Origin: an uncultured Clostridia bacterium
Lineage (GTDB): Bacteria; Bacillota; Clostridia; CAKSNL01; HGM11501
DNA length: 64,000 nt
Assembly (NCBI GenBank): GCA_934476235.1
Contig: CAKSNL010000005.1
Span: forward strand, 40,989 to 104,988
Direction of reading: 5' to 3'
The notes beneath the pieces were generated by a model that did no database searches, was not told the DNA's origin, and saw nothing but the letters and a program-made list of their open reading frames with translations. A program made the position numbers and the translations under genes. This document shows positions 30,151-39,452 of this stretch, one piece after another. How positions within the stretch are numbered: the first letter of the stretch is position 1; each line of letters starts with the position of its first letter.

Positions 30151-30690
30151 ATGGAGTTACGAGAAAAAAAGACCGGCGAAAAGTACGTGTTTCGCGGCAA
30201 AATATTAAATTTAAGGGTCGATGACGTTTTAACCCCCGGAGGAGACAAAGCTGAGCGCGAGATAGTAGAGCATCACGGCGGCGCTGGAATAGTTGCGCTT
30301 GACGGGGACGGAAAGATTCTTCTCGTGAAGCAGTACAGAGCGCCGTACGATGAGATAACTCTTGAGATTCCGGCGGGAAAATTGGAAAAGGGCGAGGACC
30401 CTATGGTCTGCGCCGGGCGCGAGCTTTCGGAGGAGACCGGGGGAAAAACCGAAAAAATTATCCCCCTCGGAAAGGTGTATCCTTCTCCGGGCTATACGAA
30501 CGAGGTTATCCACCTTTTTATGGCGGAAAATGTGAAGACGGGCAGCGCTCATCCGGATAGCGACGAATATCTCCTTCTTGAAAGGTTCAGCATTTCCAAG
30601 GCACTTGATATGATAGATTCAGGTGAGATCAAGGACGCGAAAACGGTTATCGGAATACTCCGCTGCGCTCTTATGAGGGATAAAAGATGA
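30151..30690 (+). CDS. NUDIX hydrolase (ADP-ribose pyrophosphatase-like)
   Basis: Nudix box GKLEKGEDPMVCAGRELSEETG. ATG 30151 lies 5 nt after GAGGA. The track GTG at 30139 overlaps the mutS2 stop. Confidence 0.85.
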   Translation: MELREKKTGEKYVFRGKILNLRVDDVLTPGGDKAEREIVEHHGGAGIVALDGDGKILLVKQYRAPYDEITLEIPAGKLEKGEDPMVCAGRELSEETGGKTEKIIPLGKVYPSPGYTNEVIHLFMAENVKTGSAHPDSDEYLLLERFSISKALDMIDSGEIKDAKTVIGILRCALMRDKR

Positions 30691-32696
30691 AGACCGAGCT
30701 TTTGGCTCCGGCGGGAGACTTTGACTCACTTAAAGCGGCGGTCGCCTGCGGGGCGGACGCGGTATATATCGGCGCGTCAAAATTCAGCGCCCGTCAGAAC
30801 GCAAAAAATTTTGACGGCGAGGAGATAGGGCGCGCAATCGCGTATTGCAGAATAAGAAACGTAAAAACATATCTTGCCATTAACACGCTTATAAAGGAAA
30901 ATGAGCTTGAGGAAGCGCTTAAAACCGCCGCTGAGGCGTATGAATACGGGATTGACGCTTTTATCGTTCAGGATCTCGGACTCATTAAGCTCATGCAGGA
31001 AAAGTTTGACGTGCCCGTCCACGCGAGTACGCAGATGACGGTATTTGACGAGTACGGTCTTGCTTTCCTTAAAGATATCAATATCACAAGGGCGGTCCTT
31101 TCCCGCGAATGTTCAAAGGAAAAAATAAGGGAGCTTGCCGAAAAAAACGTTATGGAGCTTGAGGTCTTTTGCCACGGCGCAATATGCGTAAGCTACAGCG
31201 GGCAGTGCCTTGCAAGCAGCATGATGGGCGGCAGAAGCGCGAACCGCGGGCGCTGCGCCCAGCCGTGCAGACTGCCTTATGAAATCGGCGGGAAAAAAGG
31301 ATATTTTTTAAGCCCCAAGGACCTTTGCCTGATAGACGAGGTTGGCTCCTTAAATAGCGAGGGGATCGCCTCCTTAAAAATCGAAGGGCGGATGAAGGGA
31401 CCGGGATATGTTGCGGCTGCGGTTTCGGCATACAGAAAAGCGCTTGACGGCGAAGAAGTGACAAAGGAAGAATACGAAAGGCTTAAAAAGGCTTTTTCGC
31501 GCGGAGGCAGCTTTACAAAGGGGTGCTACGGCTCTGTCCGCGGGCGTGAAATGATGAATACCGATTCGTCAAACGACGATGTACTAAAGTCGGCGGACTC
31601 ATCTTTCATAAAGGAGCTTTCGCACCTTTGGGAGGACGGCAGGGAAATAAAAAAGGTGCCGGTGAACGGCTCGCTTTTGATAGACGAAAAAACCGTGTTT
31701 ACTTTGTCGGACGAAAATGTGACCGTCAGCGTGTGCACCGACACGCCGACAGAAGAACACGGGAAAAAGACAGATGAGGAATTTTCAAGGACTCAGCTTT
31801 CAAAGCTCGGGCAATCGCCGTTTGTGATGAACGAATTTTCGTTCGAGTCAAGGAAGGACGCATACTTTAAGGCTTCCGACCTTAATGCACTGAGAAGGGA
31901 AGCCGTTAAAAGTCTTGAGAGCGCAAAGAGCGAAAAAAGGCATTTTGACGGGGACTTTAATTATTTTGTACCTCACGAAGCGGAAAAAGAGGAATTTTAT
32001 ATATCCGCGAGCGTGGAAAACAAAGAACAGGCAGAAGCGCTTATTGCGCTTGGAGCAAGGGTTTACGCTCCTTATACGCTCGGAAACACAGAGGGCGCAT
32101 ATGCGGCGATAATTCCGGCGGTGTATCCTGAAAATATAGTGCTTCCCGATGTTAAAACCGTTGTTGCGGGAAGCATCGGCGCGGCAAAATACGCTGCCGA
32201 GCACGGAAAAAGCGTGATTGCCGATTACAGCATGAACATTTTCAACAGTGTTTCGGCGTCATACTTTGAAAGAGCGACATTGTCGTGCGAGCTTACGTGT
32301 AAGGAAATCGCCCGTGTCGCGCGTACATGCAGGTCGGAAGCGGTGGTCTACGGTCACATTCCTTTGATGACGACGAGAAACTGCATTATTAAAACCGCGG
32401 GAAAGTGTGCGGGAATTTGCGGATCGTGCAGCAGAGAGACCGTTATAAAAGACAGAAAAAACATGAACTTAAGAATCAGGTCGGACGGCACGGTAAACAC
32501 GTTATACAACGGTGTGCCTTTATTTATGGCGGACAGAATGGATGAGGTTAAAAAGACCGGAGTTACAGGGGCAAGGCTCATATTCACAAATGAAACCGCA
32601 TCGGAGTGTGCAAATATCTACCGTATGTATGCCGGACTTTCCGAAATTGTACTTCCGTCTTTATACACAAGAGGACATTTTTATAACGGAGTTTAA
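30687..32696 (+). CDS. U32-family peptidase-like protein (long form)
   Basis: U32 signature region EVFCHGAICVSYSGQCLAS, plus a second Cys cluster near the C-terminus (CAGICGSCS). Confidence 0.8.
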   Translation: MKTELLAPAGDFDSLKAAVACGADAVYIGASKFSARQNAKNFDGEEIGRAIAYCRIRNVKTYLAINTLIKENELEEALKTAAEAYEYGIDAFIVQDLGLIKLMQEKFDVPVHASTQMTVFDEYGLAFLKDINITRAVLSRECSKEKIRELAEKNVMELEVFCHGAICVSYSGQCLASSMMGGRSANRGRCAQPCRLPYEIGGKKGYFLSPKDLCLIDEVGSLNSEGIASLKIEGRMKGPGYVAAAVSAYRKALDGEEVTKEEYERLKKAFSRGGSFTKGCYGSVRGREMMNTDSSNDDVLKSADSSFIKELSHLWEDGREIKKVPVNGSLLIDEKTVFTLSDENVTVSVCTDTPTEEHGKKTDEEFSRTQLSKLGQSPFVMNEFSFESRKDAYFKASDLNALRREAVKSLESAKSEKRHFDGDFNYFVPHEAEKEEFYISASVENKEQAEALIALGARVYAPYTLGNTEGAYAAIIPAVYPENIVLPDVKTVVAGSIGAAKYAAEHGKSVIADYSMNIFNSVSASYFERATLSCELTCKEIARVARTCRSEAVVYGHIPLMTTRNCIIKTAGKCAGICGSCSRETVIKDRKNMNLRIRSDGTVNTLYNGVPLFMADRMDEVKKTGVTGARLIFTNETASECANIYRMYAGLSEIVLPSLYTRGHFYNGV

Positions 32697-32771
32697 AAAA
32701 AGCTTGGAAAAATGAGCGAATTGTGTTATAATAAAAGTGTATGTAATAAAAAACTGAAGGGGTTATTTACA

Positions 32772-33209
32772 ATGCTTAGTGTAAAAATAAAGAAATTATC
32801 CGAAAATGCAATGCTTCCCGAGTATCAGACAAAGGGAGCGGCGGGAATGGATCTTCGCGCCTGCCTTACAGAAAGTGTTATTTTAGCGCCCTCTGAAAGA
32901 AAGCTGATACCGACAGGATTTGCAATGGCGCTTCCCGAAGGCTATGCCGCGTTTATCTATGCGCGGAGCGGACTTGCCTCCAAAAAGGGGATAACGCTTC
33001 CGAACTGCGTCGGAGTAATAGATTCAGATTACAGAGGTGAGGTCAAAGTAGCGTTGGTGAATATTTCGGACGAAGCGTTTGAAATAAATAACGGCGACAG
33101 AATCGCCCAAATGGTTATAACCGAGGTAAAAACGGCAATACTTGAAGTCAGAGACGAGCTTGATGATACCGAGAGAGCGGGCGGCGGGTTCGGCTCTACC
33201 GGAGTGTGA
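32772..33209 (+). CDS. dut: dUTP diphosphatase
   Basis: GAAGMDL, ARSGLA and GVIDSDYRGE motifs. Start moved to MLSVKIKKL; the N-terminus of the track ORF has no homology. Confidence 0.9.
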   Translation: MLSVKIKKLSENAMLPEYQTKGAAGMDLRACLTESVILAPSERKLIPTGFAMALPEGYAAFIYARSGLASKKGITLPNCVGVIDSDYRGEVKVALVNISDEAFEINNGDRIAQMVITEVKTAILEVRDELDDTERAGGGFGSTGV

Positions 33210-33213
33210 GCTT

Positions 33214-33792
33214 ATGGAATATATATTGGCGTCCATGTCGCCGAGAAGAAAAGAGCTTTTATCCGAGATGGGATTAAGCTTTACCGTCTGCCCGGCGGAT
33301 ATTGACGAGAACATCGGAATAACGGATCCCGAGATGCTGGTAAAGCAGCTTGCCCTTTTAAAGGCGGGGCATATTGCGGAAAAACATTTTGGGGAAAATG
33401 TCATAATTATCGCAGCGGACACTGTGGTCGCTTATAAAAACGAAATTCTTGGAAAACCTAAGAATGAAAGCGACGCAAAGAGGATGCTTAAGCTTCTTTC
33501 CGGAAATACTCACACCGTTTACACGGGCTATTGCTGCGCGGACGCAAAGACCGGGCTTACGGTCGCGAGGTGCGAGGCGTGCCATGTGAGATTCAGAGAA
33601 ATTTCGGATGAGGAGATAGACTCGTACGTTCAGAGCGGAGAGCCGATGGATAAAGCAGGGTCGTACGGCATACAGGGCGGTGCGTCCGCTTTTGTGGACG
33701 GGATCGACGGGGATTTTTCCTGCGTTGTCGGACTGCCTAAAAAAGCGCTCGGCGAGCTTTTACAAAGCGAATTTACCTTTGAGGGGAGATAA
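33214..33792 (+). CDS. maf: Maf-like nucleoside triphosphate pyrophosphatase
   Basis: ILASMSPRRKELL and AGSYGIQG motifs. The ATG at 33214 lies just after the dut stop. Confidence 0.9.
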   Translation: MEYILASMSPRRKELLSEMGLSFTVCPADIDENIGITDPEMLVKQLALLKAGHIAEKHFGENVIIIAADTVVAYKNEILGKPKNESDAKRMLKLLSGNTHTVYTGYCCADAKTGLTVARCEACHVRFREISDEEIDSYVQSGEPMDKAGSYGIQGGASAFVDGIDGDFSCVVGLPKKALGELLQSEFTFEGR

Positions 33793-33796
33793 ATAA

Positions 33797-34819
33797 ATGC
33801 CGCTTCTTTCGAGAAATATCGGTATAGATTTGGGAACTGCGAATACACGTATTTATATTGAGGATCAGGGCATCGTTTTAAACGAGGCGTCTGCCGTGGC
33901 GTATGATACAAGGCATAAAAAGATCGTCGGAATCGGCGATGAAGCAAAGAGCATGCTGGGGCGCACTCCTTCTGCTATCGAGGTTATATATCCTCTGCGC
34001 GACGGAGTGATTGCAGATTATAAAATGGCTGAGATCATGCTCCGCTCCCTTTTGGAAAAGGCGATGCACAGGCACGCGTTTTTCGGACCGAGGATCGTGA
34101 TAGGCGTTCCGTCGGAGGCAACAGAGGTTGAAAAGCGTGCGGTTGAAGATGTTGTTTTAAGATGCGGTGCGAAGGAGGTTACGGTAATTGACGAACCGAT
34201 CGCGTCTGCAAAGGGCTTGGGGCTCAATGTTAATTCGAGCGAAGCGAATATGATAGTCGACATCGGCGGAGGGACGACGGAAGTCACGGTCATCTCGCTT
34301 ATGAGCATTGCAACGGGAAGCTCGATACGAACGGCGGGCGACGCGATGGATAACGCAATTATAAACTATATTAAAAAGAACTACTCGCTTCTTATAGGTC
34401 AGCCCACGGCAAATCTTATAAAGGATTCGATCGGCTCCGCAACGGCATACGAAGGCGAAATGCCTGTCGATTTCAAGGGGCGCGACCTTCTTTCCGGACT
34501 TCCGAAAACGCTTTCGATAACACCCGAGCAGGTGAGAGAGGCGCTGACGGACTACGTGACCGCTATATTGGAATGTATAAGAAAGGTGCTTGAAAAAACA
34601 CCTCCCGAGCTTATAGGGGATATAACCGCAAACGGGATATATTTAACCGGGGGCGCGGGAGCGCTTAAGGGGCTTGACGAATATCTTGCCTCGGAGACGG
34701 GGCTTAAGGTTTCTGTGGCGGAAAATTCATCGACCTGTCTTGCGGAGGGAATCGGCAAGCTTATGGCAGAGCCCGGGGCGCTTAAAAACTATCGCATTAT
34801 CGCAAAAAAGAATAAATAA
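33797..34819 (+). CDS. mreB: rod shape-determining protein MreB
   Basis: Actin-fold motifs (IGIDLGTANT, VDIGGGTTE, LTGGGA). maf-mreBCD synteny. Confidence 0.93.
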   Translation: MPLLSRNIGIDLGTANTRIYIEDQGIVLNEASAVAYDTRHKKIVGIGDEAKSMLGRTPSAIEVIYPLRDGVIADYKMAEIMLRSLLEKAMHRHAFFGPRIVIGVPSEATEVEKRAVEDVVLRCGAKEVTVIDEPIASAKGLGLNVNSSEANMIVDIGGGTTEVTVISLMSIATGSSIRTAGDAMDNAIINYIKKNYSLLIGQPTANLIKDSIGSATAYEGEMPVDFKGRDLLSGLPKTLSITPEQVREALTDYVTAILECIRKVLEKTPPELIGDITANGIYLTGGAGALKGLDEYLASETGLKVSVAENSSTCLAEGIGKLMAEPGALKNYRIIAKKNK

Positions 34820-34836
34820 TCGGCTGGTGGTATTAG

Positions 34837-35661
34837 TTGAAAAAAAGAATATTGAAAATCGGCATTTTAGTCGCCGCCATATTGATCTGCATGATAATTT
34901 CCACCGTCCCGTCGGGGAAAAACAGGGCAATAAGCGACATTACGGGAATTATAGCGACGCCGTTTCAGAAAGCATTTACGATGGTCAATAATTTTATTGA
35001 TTACGGCGGCGGATATTTTACGGATATGAAGGCGCTTAAAGAGGAAAACGCCGAGCTTAAATCGAAAATAATATTAATGGAGGGTAAGATCACGGAAAGC
35101 GACGAGATACGTTCTGAGAACGAGCGGCTGCGCACACTGGTGGATCTTAAGGAGAAAAACAAAAATTACGATATGACGGGCGCGTCCGTGACCGCGATCG
35201 ATCCTTCCGGCTGGTATTCGTATTTTATTATTGATAAAGGAACGAATGACGGACTTTTAAAAAACCAGGTCGTGATGGATTCCGGCGGAGTTCTGGGGCG
35301 GATTGATAAAATCGGCAGCACATGGGCGAAGGTCGTTACCATAACCGAGCCCGGAACGGCGTGCGGAGCAGAGGTCTCAAGAACCGGAGACACCGGAATC
35401 ATCGAAGGCGATTCGGTGCTTGACGGGCTTTGCAAGATGACATCTATCAGTAAAGAGACCAATATCACGCCGGGAGATTACATAGTAACGTCGGGAAGCG
35501 GCGATGTGTATCCGGCGGGGCTCACGATAGGGCGCATTAAAGAGATAAGAGACGGAGAAATTTCAAGAACGGCGATAGTCGAGCCGACGGGAAACGTTAA
35601 GACTCCCAAGGAGGTCATGGTTATCAAAAACAACCCGGCTGCCGCCGATGATACCGAATAA
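34837..35661 (+). CDS. mreC: rod shape-determining protein MreC
   Basis: N-terminal TM, a coiled coil (ENAELK...ENERLR), then beta-domain motifs (GVLGRI, TSGSGDVYPAGLTIG). TTG start. Confidence 0.88.
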   Translation: MKKRILKIGILVAAILICMIISTVPSGKNRAISDITGIIATPFQKAFTMVNNFIDYGGGYFTDMKALKEENAELKSKIILMEGKITESDEIRSENERLRTLVDLKEKNKNYDMTGASVTAIDPSGWYSYFIIDKGTNDGLLKNQVVMDSGGVLGRIDKIGSTWAKVVTITEPGTACGAEVSRTGDTGIIEGDSVLDGLCKMTSISKETNITPGDYIVTSGSGDVYPAGLTIGRIKEIRDGEISRTAIVEPTGNVKTPKEVMVIKNNPAAADDTE

Positions 35662-35680
35662 TAAAAAAGGAGGGCTTGCT

Positions 35681-36190
35681 TTGAAAGGGCGGATAAAATA
35701 CATAATTCATTTATTAATACTCTTAGCCGCTTTTTATCTTCAGAGCAGTCCGCTTATAAGGAGAATAGCGGTCGTTGACGTATGGCCGAATATGGTTTTC
35801 GTTTTAGTGTTTATTTATGCACTTTATTTAAAGGAAAACGAGGTTGTGACCGAAGCGTTTATTTTAGGCTCGGTCATTGACCTTGTATTCGGAGATATAT
35901 ACGGAGTCAACGCACTTTTACTCGTTTTGTTTGCATGTCTTTTCTATTTTCTTAACAGGTTTATTTACAGTGAAAGCCTCTTTTCGGTGTTTATATATGC
36001 GTTTGCCGCCACCGCTCTTTTTGAAGGAGTGTTTGTACTTATTAACTTAAAAAGCTGGAGCACGGGCGCATTTTTGCCGGAGATGATGGAAAGGTATCTG
36101 ATAAAGTGCGTGTATAACGCGGTATTTGCCATGCCGGCATATGCCGTCGCGAGAAGAGTGCACAGAAAGAAACAGGGGGTGCGCATCTGA
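35681..36190 (+). CDS. mreD: rod shape-determining protein MreD
   Basis: Small polytopic membrane protein directly after mreC. The TTG at 35681 follows AAGGAGGG. The track start at 35648 overlaps mreC. Confidence 0.7.
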   Translation: MKGRIKYIIHLLILLAAFYLQSSPLIRRIAVVDVWPNMVFVLVFIYALYLKENEVVTEAFILGSVIDLVFGDIYGVNALLLVLFACLFYFLNRFIYSESLFSVFIYAFAATALFEGVFVLINLKSWSTGAFLPEMMERYLIKCVYNAVFAMPAYAVARRVHRKKQGVRI

Positions 36191-38205
36191 TGAAAAACCG
36201 TAAAAGATATATTTTTGTTATGGTTATGATTGCTGTGTTTTGCCTTCTTTGTATCGTTAGGCTCTCCTCGCTTCAGATCATTCATGGAGAGGAAAACTAT
36301 AAAAAGAGCCTTTCAAGAACTCAGCGCACCATTGTGCTTTCCGCACCGAGAGGCGAGTTTTACGACAGATACGGAAGGCTTATCGTAGCAAACCGAATGG
36401 GATTTTCCGTCGAATTTCAGCGCGTTAAGGGCATGAAGGATGATGAGATAAATTCCATAATCTTAAAGATTAACTCAATTCTTGAGGAAAACGGGGACTC
36501 GCCGACATCGGATGAGCTTCCCATAACCTCATCCGCACCGTACGGGTTTAAGCTTTCGGATGAGGAAGATATTATAAAATGGAAAAAACAGTTTAAAATT
36601 CCGGAGGAATATTCAGCTTCCGAATGTATAGATTACTATGCCGGGCAGTTTAATATAGAGGCAGCTTCCGAACGCGACAGGAGAACGCTTGTCGGAGTGA
36701 GGTACACAATGCTTCTTCGCGGATTCGGAACGAGCATTTCATACACTCTGGCGGAGGATGTGTCGCAGGACACCGTTGTTTCCGTAAAGGAGCATTATGA
36801 CGAGTACCGCGGAGTAAACATACTGTCAGAGCCTGTCAGGGAATATCCTTACGGCAGCATGGCGGTACATATTCTGGGACGTATTGCTCCGATTAACAGC
36901 ACCGAGTACGATGCGCTGAAGGATAAGGGCTATAATTTCAACGACTCTATCGGAAGAGAAGGACTTGAAAAATATTTGGAATCCAATCTTCGCGGAAAGT
37001 CCGGCAAGGCGGTAGCCGAACAGGATAAGGATGGGCATTATGTCGCCTTTTCGGAGGTTGACTCAGCCGAGAGCGGAAATTCAGCGTTTCTCACGATTGA
37101 TATTGACGTTCAGCTTGCCGCGGAAAAGGCGATAAAGGAAACCGTGGCGGATATTTACGCTCACAGTAAGGAAACCAAGCACGGACAGGACGTGGCGGGC
37201 GCCGCCGCGGTAGCGGTCGACGTTAACACCGGCGAGATAATATGCATAGCATCGTATCCCGATTATGACGTTACAAAGTACAGTAAAGATTATTCAAAGC
37301 TCTTAAACGATAAAAACAAACCTCTTTTTAACAGGGCGCTTGCCGGGACCTATTCGCCCGGTTCGACGTTTAAGATGCTTGTCGGTATAGCGGCGCTTGA
37401 AAATGACGTTATAACGCCGGACACCGTTATTCACGATAAAGTTATTTATCAGCTTGGCAAAAGCAGATTCAAATGCCTTCATGACCATGGGGACGTAAAT
37501 GTTTCCGGAGCGATTAAGGATTCATGCAACTACTTTTTCTATACCGTGGGCTATGAAATGGGAATTGACAGGATAGTTGACTGTGCCAAGCAGTTCGGAC
37601 TCGGCGAATACAGCGGAATTGAGCTTAAGGATGAGGAAGCAAAGGGAACCGTTGCATCGCCGGAGGAAAAGGCGGAGCGGAATGAGCCGTGGTATGACGG
37701 ATACACTCTTCAGGCGGCGATCGGACAGGATGACAATAAATTTACGCCGATCCAGCTTGCCTCATACGTTGCACAGATAGCAAACGGCGGAGTGAGATAT
37801 ACTCCTCATCTCATAAAGGGCATATATTCTTATGACGCCGAAAATGCGGTCAGCATAACGGAGAGGACTGAAGCCGGCAGAGCCGAGGTCAATAAAGAGG
37901 ATATGGACGCGATAAGGTATGGCATGCGCCTTGTGGCACAGAGCGGAACGGCGGCGGACTATTTCTCGGACTATCCCATTGCCGTTGCCGCGAAGACCGG
38001 TACCGCCGAGGTTTACGGCGGGAGCGATAACGGAATATTCGTGGCGTACGCGCCTTACGAAAATCCGCAGATTGCCGTTGCGGTCGTTATCGAGCGAAGC
38101 GGCGGAGGATATTACTGCGGACCGGTCGCAAAGGCTATAATTGACGCGTATCTTAATGCCGAAAATTCCCCCGAATCGACTGTCGGGATAGATAAGCTCT
38201 ATTAA
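36190..38205 (+). CDS. mrdA: penicillin-binding protein 2 (elongation transpeptidase)
   Basis: TM anchor with transpeptidase motifs STFK (SPGSTFK), SCN-like (DSCN) and KTGT. Confidence 0.9.
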   Translation: MKNRKRYIFVMVMIAVFCLLCIVRLSSLQIIHGEENYKKSLSRTQRTIVLSAPRGEFYDRYGRLIVANRMGFSVEFQRVKGMKDDEINSIILKINSILEENGDSPTSDELPITSSAPYGFKLSDEEDIIKWKKQFKIPEEYSASECIDYYAGQFNIEAASERDRRTLVGVRYTMLLRGFGTSISYTLAEDVSQDTVVSVKEHYDEYRGVNILSEPVREYPYGSMAVHILGRIAPINSTEYDALKDKGYNFNDSIGREGLEKYLESNLRGKSGKAVAEQDKDGHYVAFSEVDSAESGNSAFLTIDIDVQLAAEKAIKETVADIYAHSKETKHGQDVAGAAAVAVDVNTGEIICIASYPDYDVTKYSKDYSKLLNDKNKPLFNRALAGTYSPGSTFKMLVGIAALENDVITPDTVIHDKVIYQLGKSRFKCLHDHGDVNVSGAIKDSCNYFFYTVGYEMGIDRIVDCAKQFGLGEYSGIELKDEEAKGTVASPEEKAERNEPWYDGYTLQAAIGQDDNKFTPIQLASYVAQIANGGVRYTPHLIKGIYSYDAENAVSITERTEAGRAEVNKEDMDAIRYGMRLVAQSGTAADYFSDYPIAVAAKTGTAEVYGGSDNGIFVAYAPYENPQIAVAVVIERSGGGYYCGPVAKAIIDAYLNAENSPESTVGIDKLY

Positions 38206-38221
38206 AGGAGGAATAAAAATA

Positions 38222-39004
38222 TTGGGCAAGACTGTAGTTATAACTTCGGGCAAGGGCGGAGTCGGTAAAACGACTGTGACGGCAAATGTCGGCACCGCGC
38301 TTTCGATGATAGGAAAACGCGTTCTTATTATAGATACCGACACCGGACTTCGCAATCTTGATATGATAATGGGGATAGAGGATAAAGCGCTCTACGATGT
38401 GATAGACGTTACGGACGGAGCGTGCACTTTGGACGAGGCGGCGGTGCAGTCTGACAAATACCCCAATTTATACATACTTCCGGCATCGCAGACCAAGGAA
38501 AAAGAGGAGCTTGACAAAGAAAAATTCAAGTCACTGTGCGATGACGCGAAAAATAGATTTGACTACGTTTTAATAGATTGTCCGGCGGGAATAGAATACG
38601 GATTTTACTGTGCACTCTATCCGGCGGACGAGGCGGTTATTGTGACGGTTCCCGACAGAGCCGCCATGCGTGACGCGGACCGTGTTGCGGGAATAATCGA
38701 AACACAGTTTGAAAACATTAAAGAAATAAGGCTTTGTATAAACAGACTTATTCCGGAGCTTTCGGATTCCGGGCTTACCGCAGGGGCAGCCGAGGCGCTT
38801 TTTACGGTCGCGGTCAAGCTTTTGGGGATTGTTCCGGAGGACCCGAACATTTTAATTGACGCATATAATTCCGAACTGTCGGTAAATAACAGGCGCTCTA
38901 TAGCGGGGCGCGCGTTTAAAAACATTGCCTGCCGGCTGGACGGAATCAATATAAAGCTATTGAGGCTTAACAAAAGAAGACTCTTTAAAAAAAGATACAG
39001 ATAG
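38222..39004 (+). CDS. minD: septum site-determining ATPase MinD
   Basis: Deviant Walker A SGKGGVGKTT and a MinD core. Basic amphipathic C-terminus (LLRLNKRRLFKKRYR). TTG start after AGGAGG. Confidence 0.85.
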   Translation: MGKTVVITSGKGGVGKTTVTANVGTALSMIGKRVLIIDTDTGLRNLDMIMGIEDKALYDVIDVTDGACTLDEAAVQSDKYPNLYILPASQTKEKEELDKEKFKSLCDDAKNRFDYVLIDCPAGIEYGFYCALYPADEAVIVTVPDRAAMRDADRVAGIIETQFENIKEIRLCINRLIPELSDSGLTAGAAEALFTVAVKLLGIVPEDPNILIDAYNSELSVNNRRSIAGRAFKNIACRLDGINIKLLRLNKRRLFKKRYR

Positions 39005-39019
39005 AAAGGCGGAGGAATA

Positions 39020-39430
39020 ATGAATATTGCATTGATTGCGCATGATAAGAAAAAAGGACTTATGACCGAATTTTGCCTGGCTTATAAAAGCGTTCTTGCA
39101 AAGCATACGCTTGTTGCAACAGGCACTACCGGAAGCCTTGTTGAGGAAACGACAGGTCTTAAGGTGAAAAAGTTTCTTCCCGGAAGGGAGGGCGGATCGG
39201 AACAGATAGCGGCGCGTATTGCTTATAATGAAATCGATATGGTTCTGTCGTTCAGAGATCCCTTTGCGCAGAGCTATGAGCCCGACATGCAGTCGCTTTT
39301 CAAGCTTTGCGATATGCACACGGTTCCTCTTGCAACGAATGTTGCGACGGCGGAGGCACTCATACATAGCTTATCCCGCGGCGATCTTGACTACAGAGAT
39401 TACATGCGTGAGGACGGCGGCAAATTTTAA
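39020..39430 (+). CDS. mgsA: methylglyoxal synthase
   Basis: [12 protein letters not shown]...ATGTTG...DP motifs, 136 aa. Confidence 0.9.
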   Translation: MNIALIAHDKKKGLMTEFCLAYKSVLAKHTLVATGTTGSLVEETTGLKVKKFLPGREGGSEQIAARIAYNEIDMVLSFRDPFAQSYEPDMQSLFKLCDMHTVPLATNVATAEALIHSLSRGDLDYRDYMREDGGKF

Positions 39431-39452
39431 GAAAGAGAAGAATGGGACGATC

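Noticed and set aside
39219-39452. N-terminal extensions in the ORF track: lepA from 39219, hemW from 41164, ftsH from 18258, maf from 33142, dut from 32712, ftsY from 23758, cotJB from 27493, the DUF1540 gene from 50104 and the histidine phosphatase from 45731.
   Set aside because: The extensions overlap the preceding gene or a promoter -10 and have no homology. In every case a downstream in-frame start has a proper RBS and begins exactly at the conserved N-terminus.
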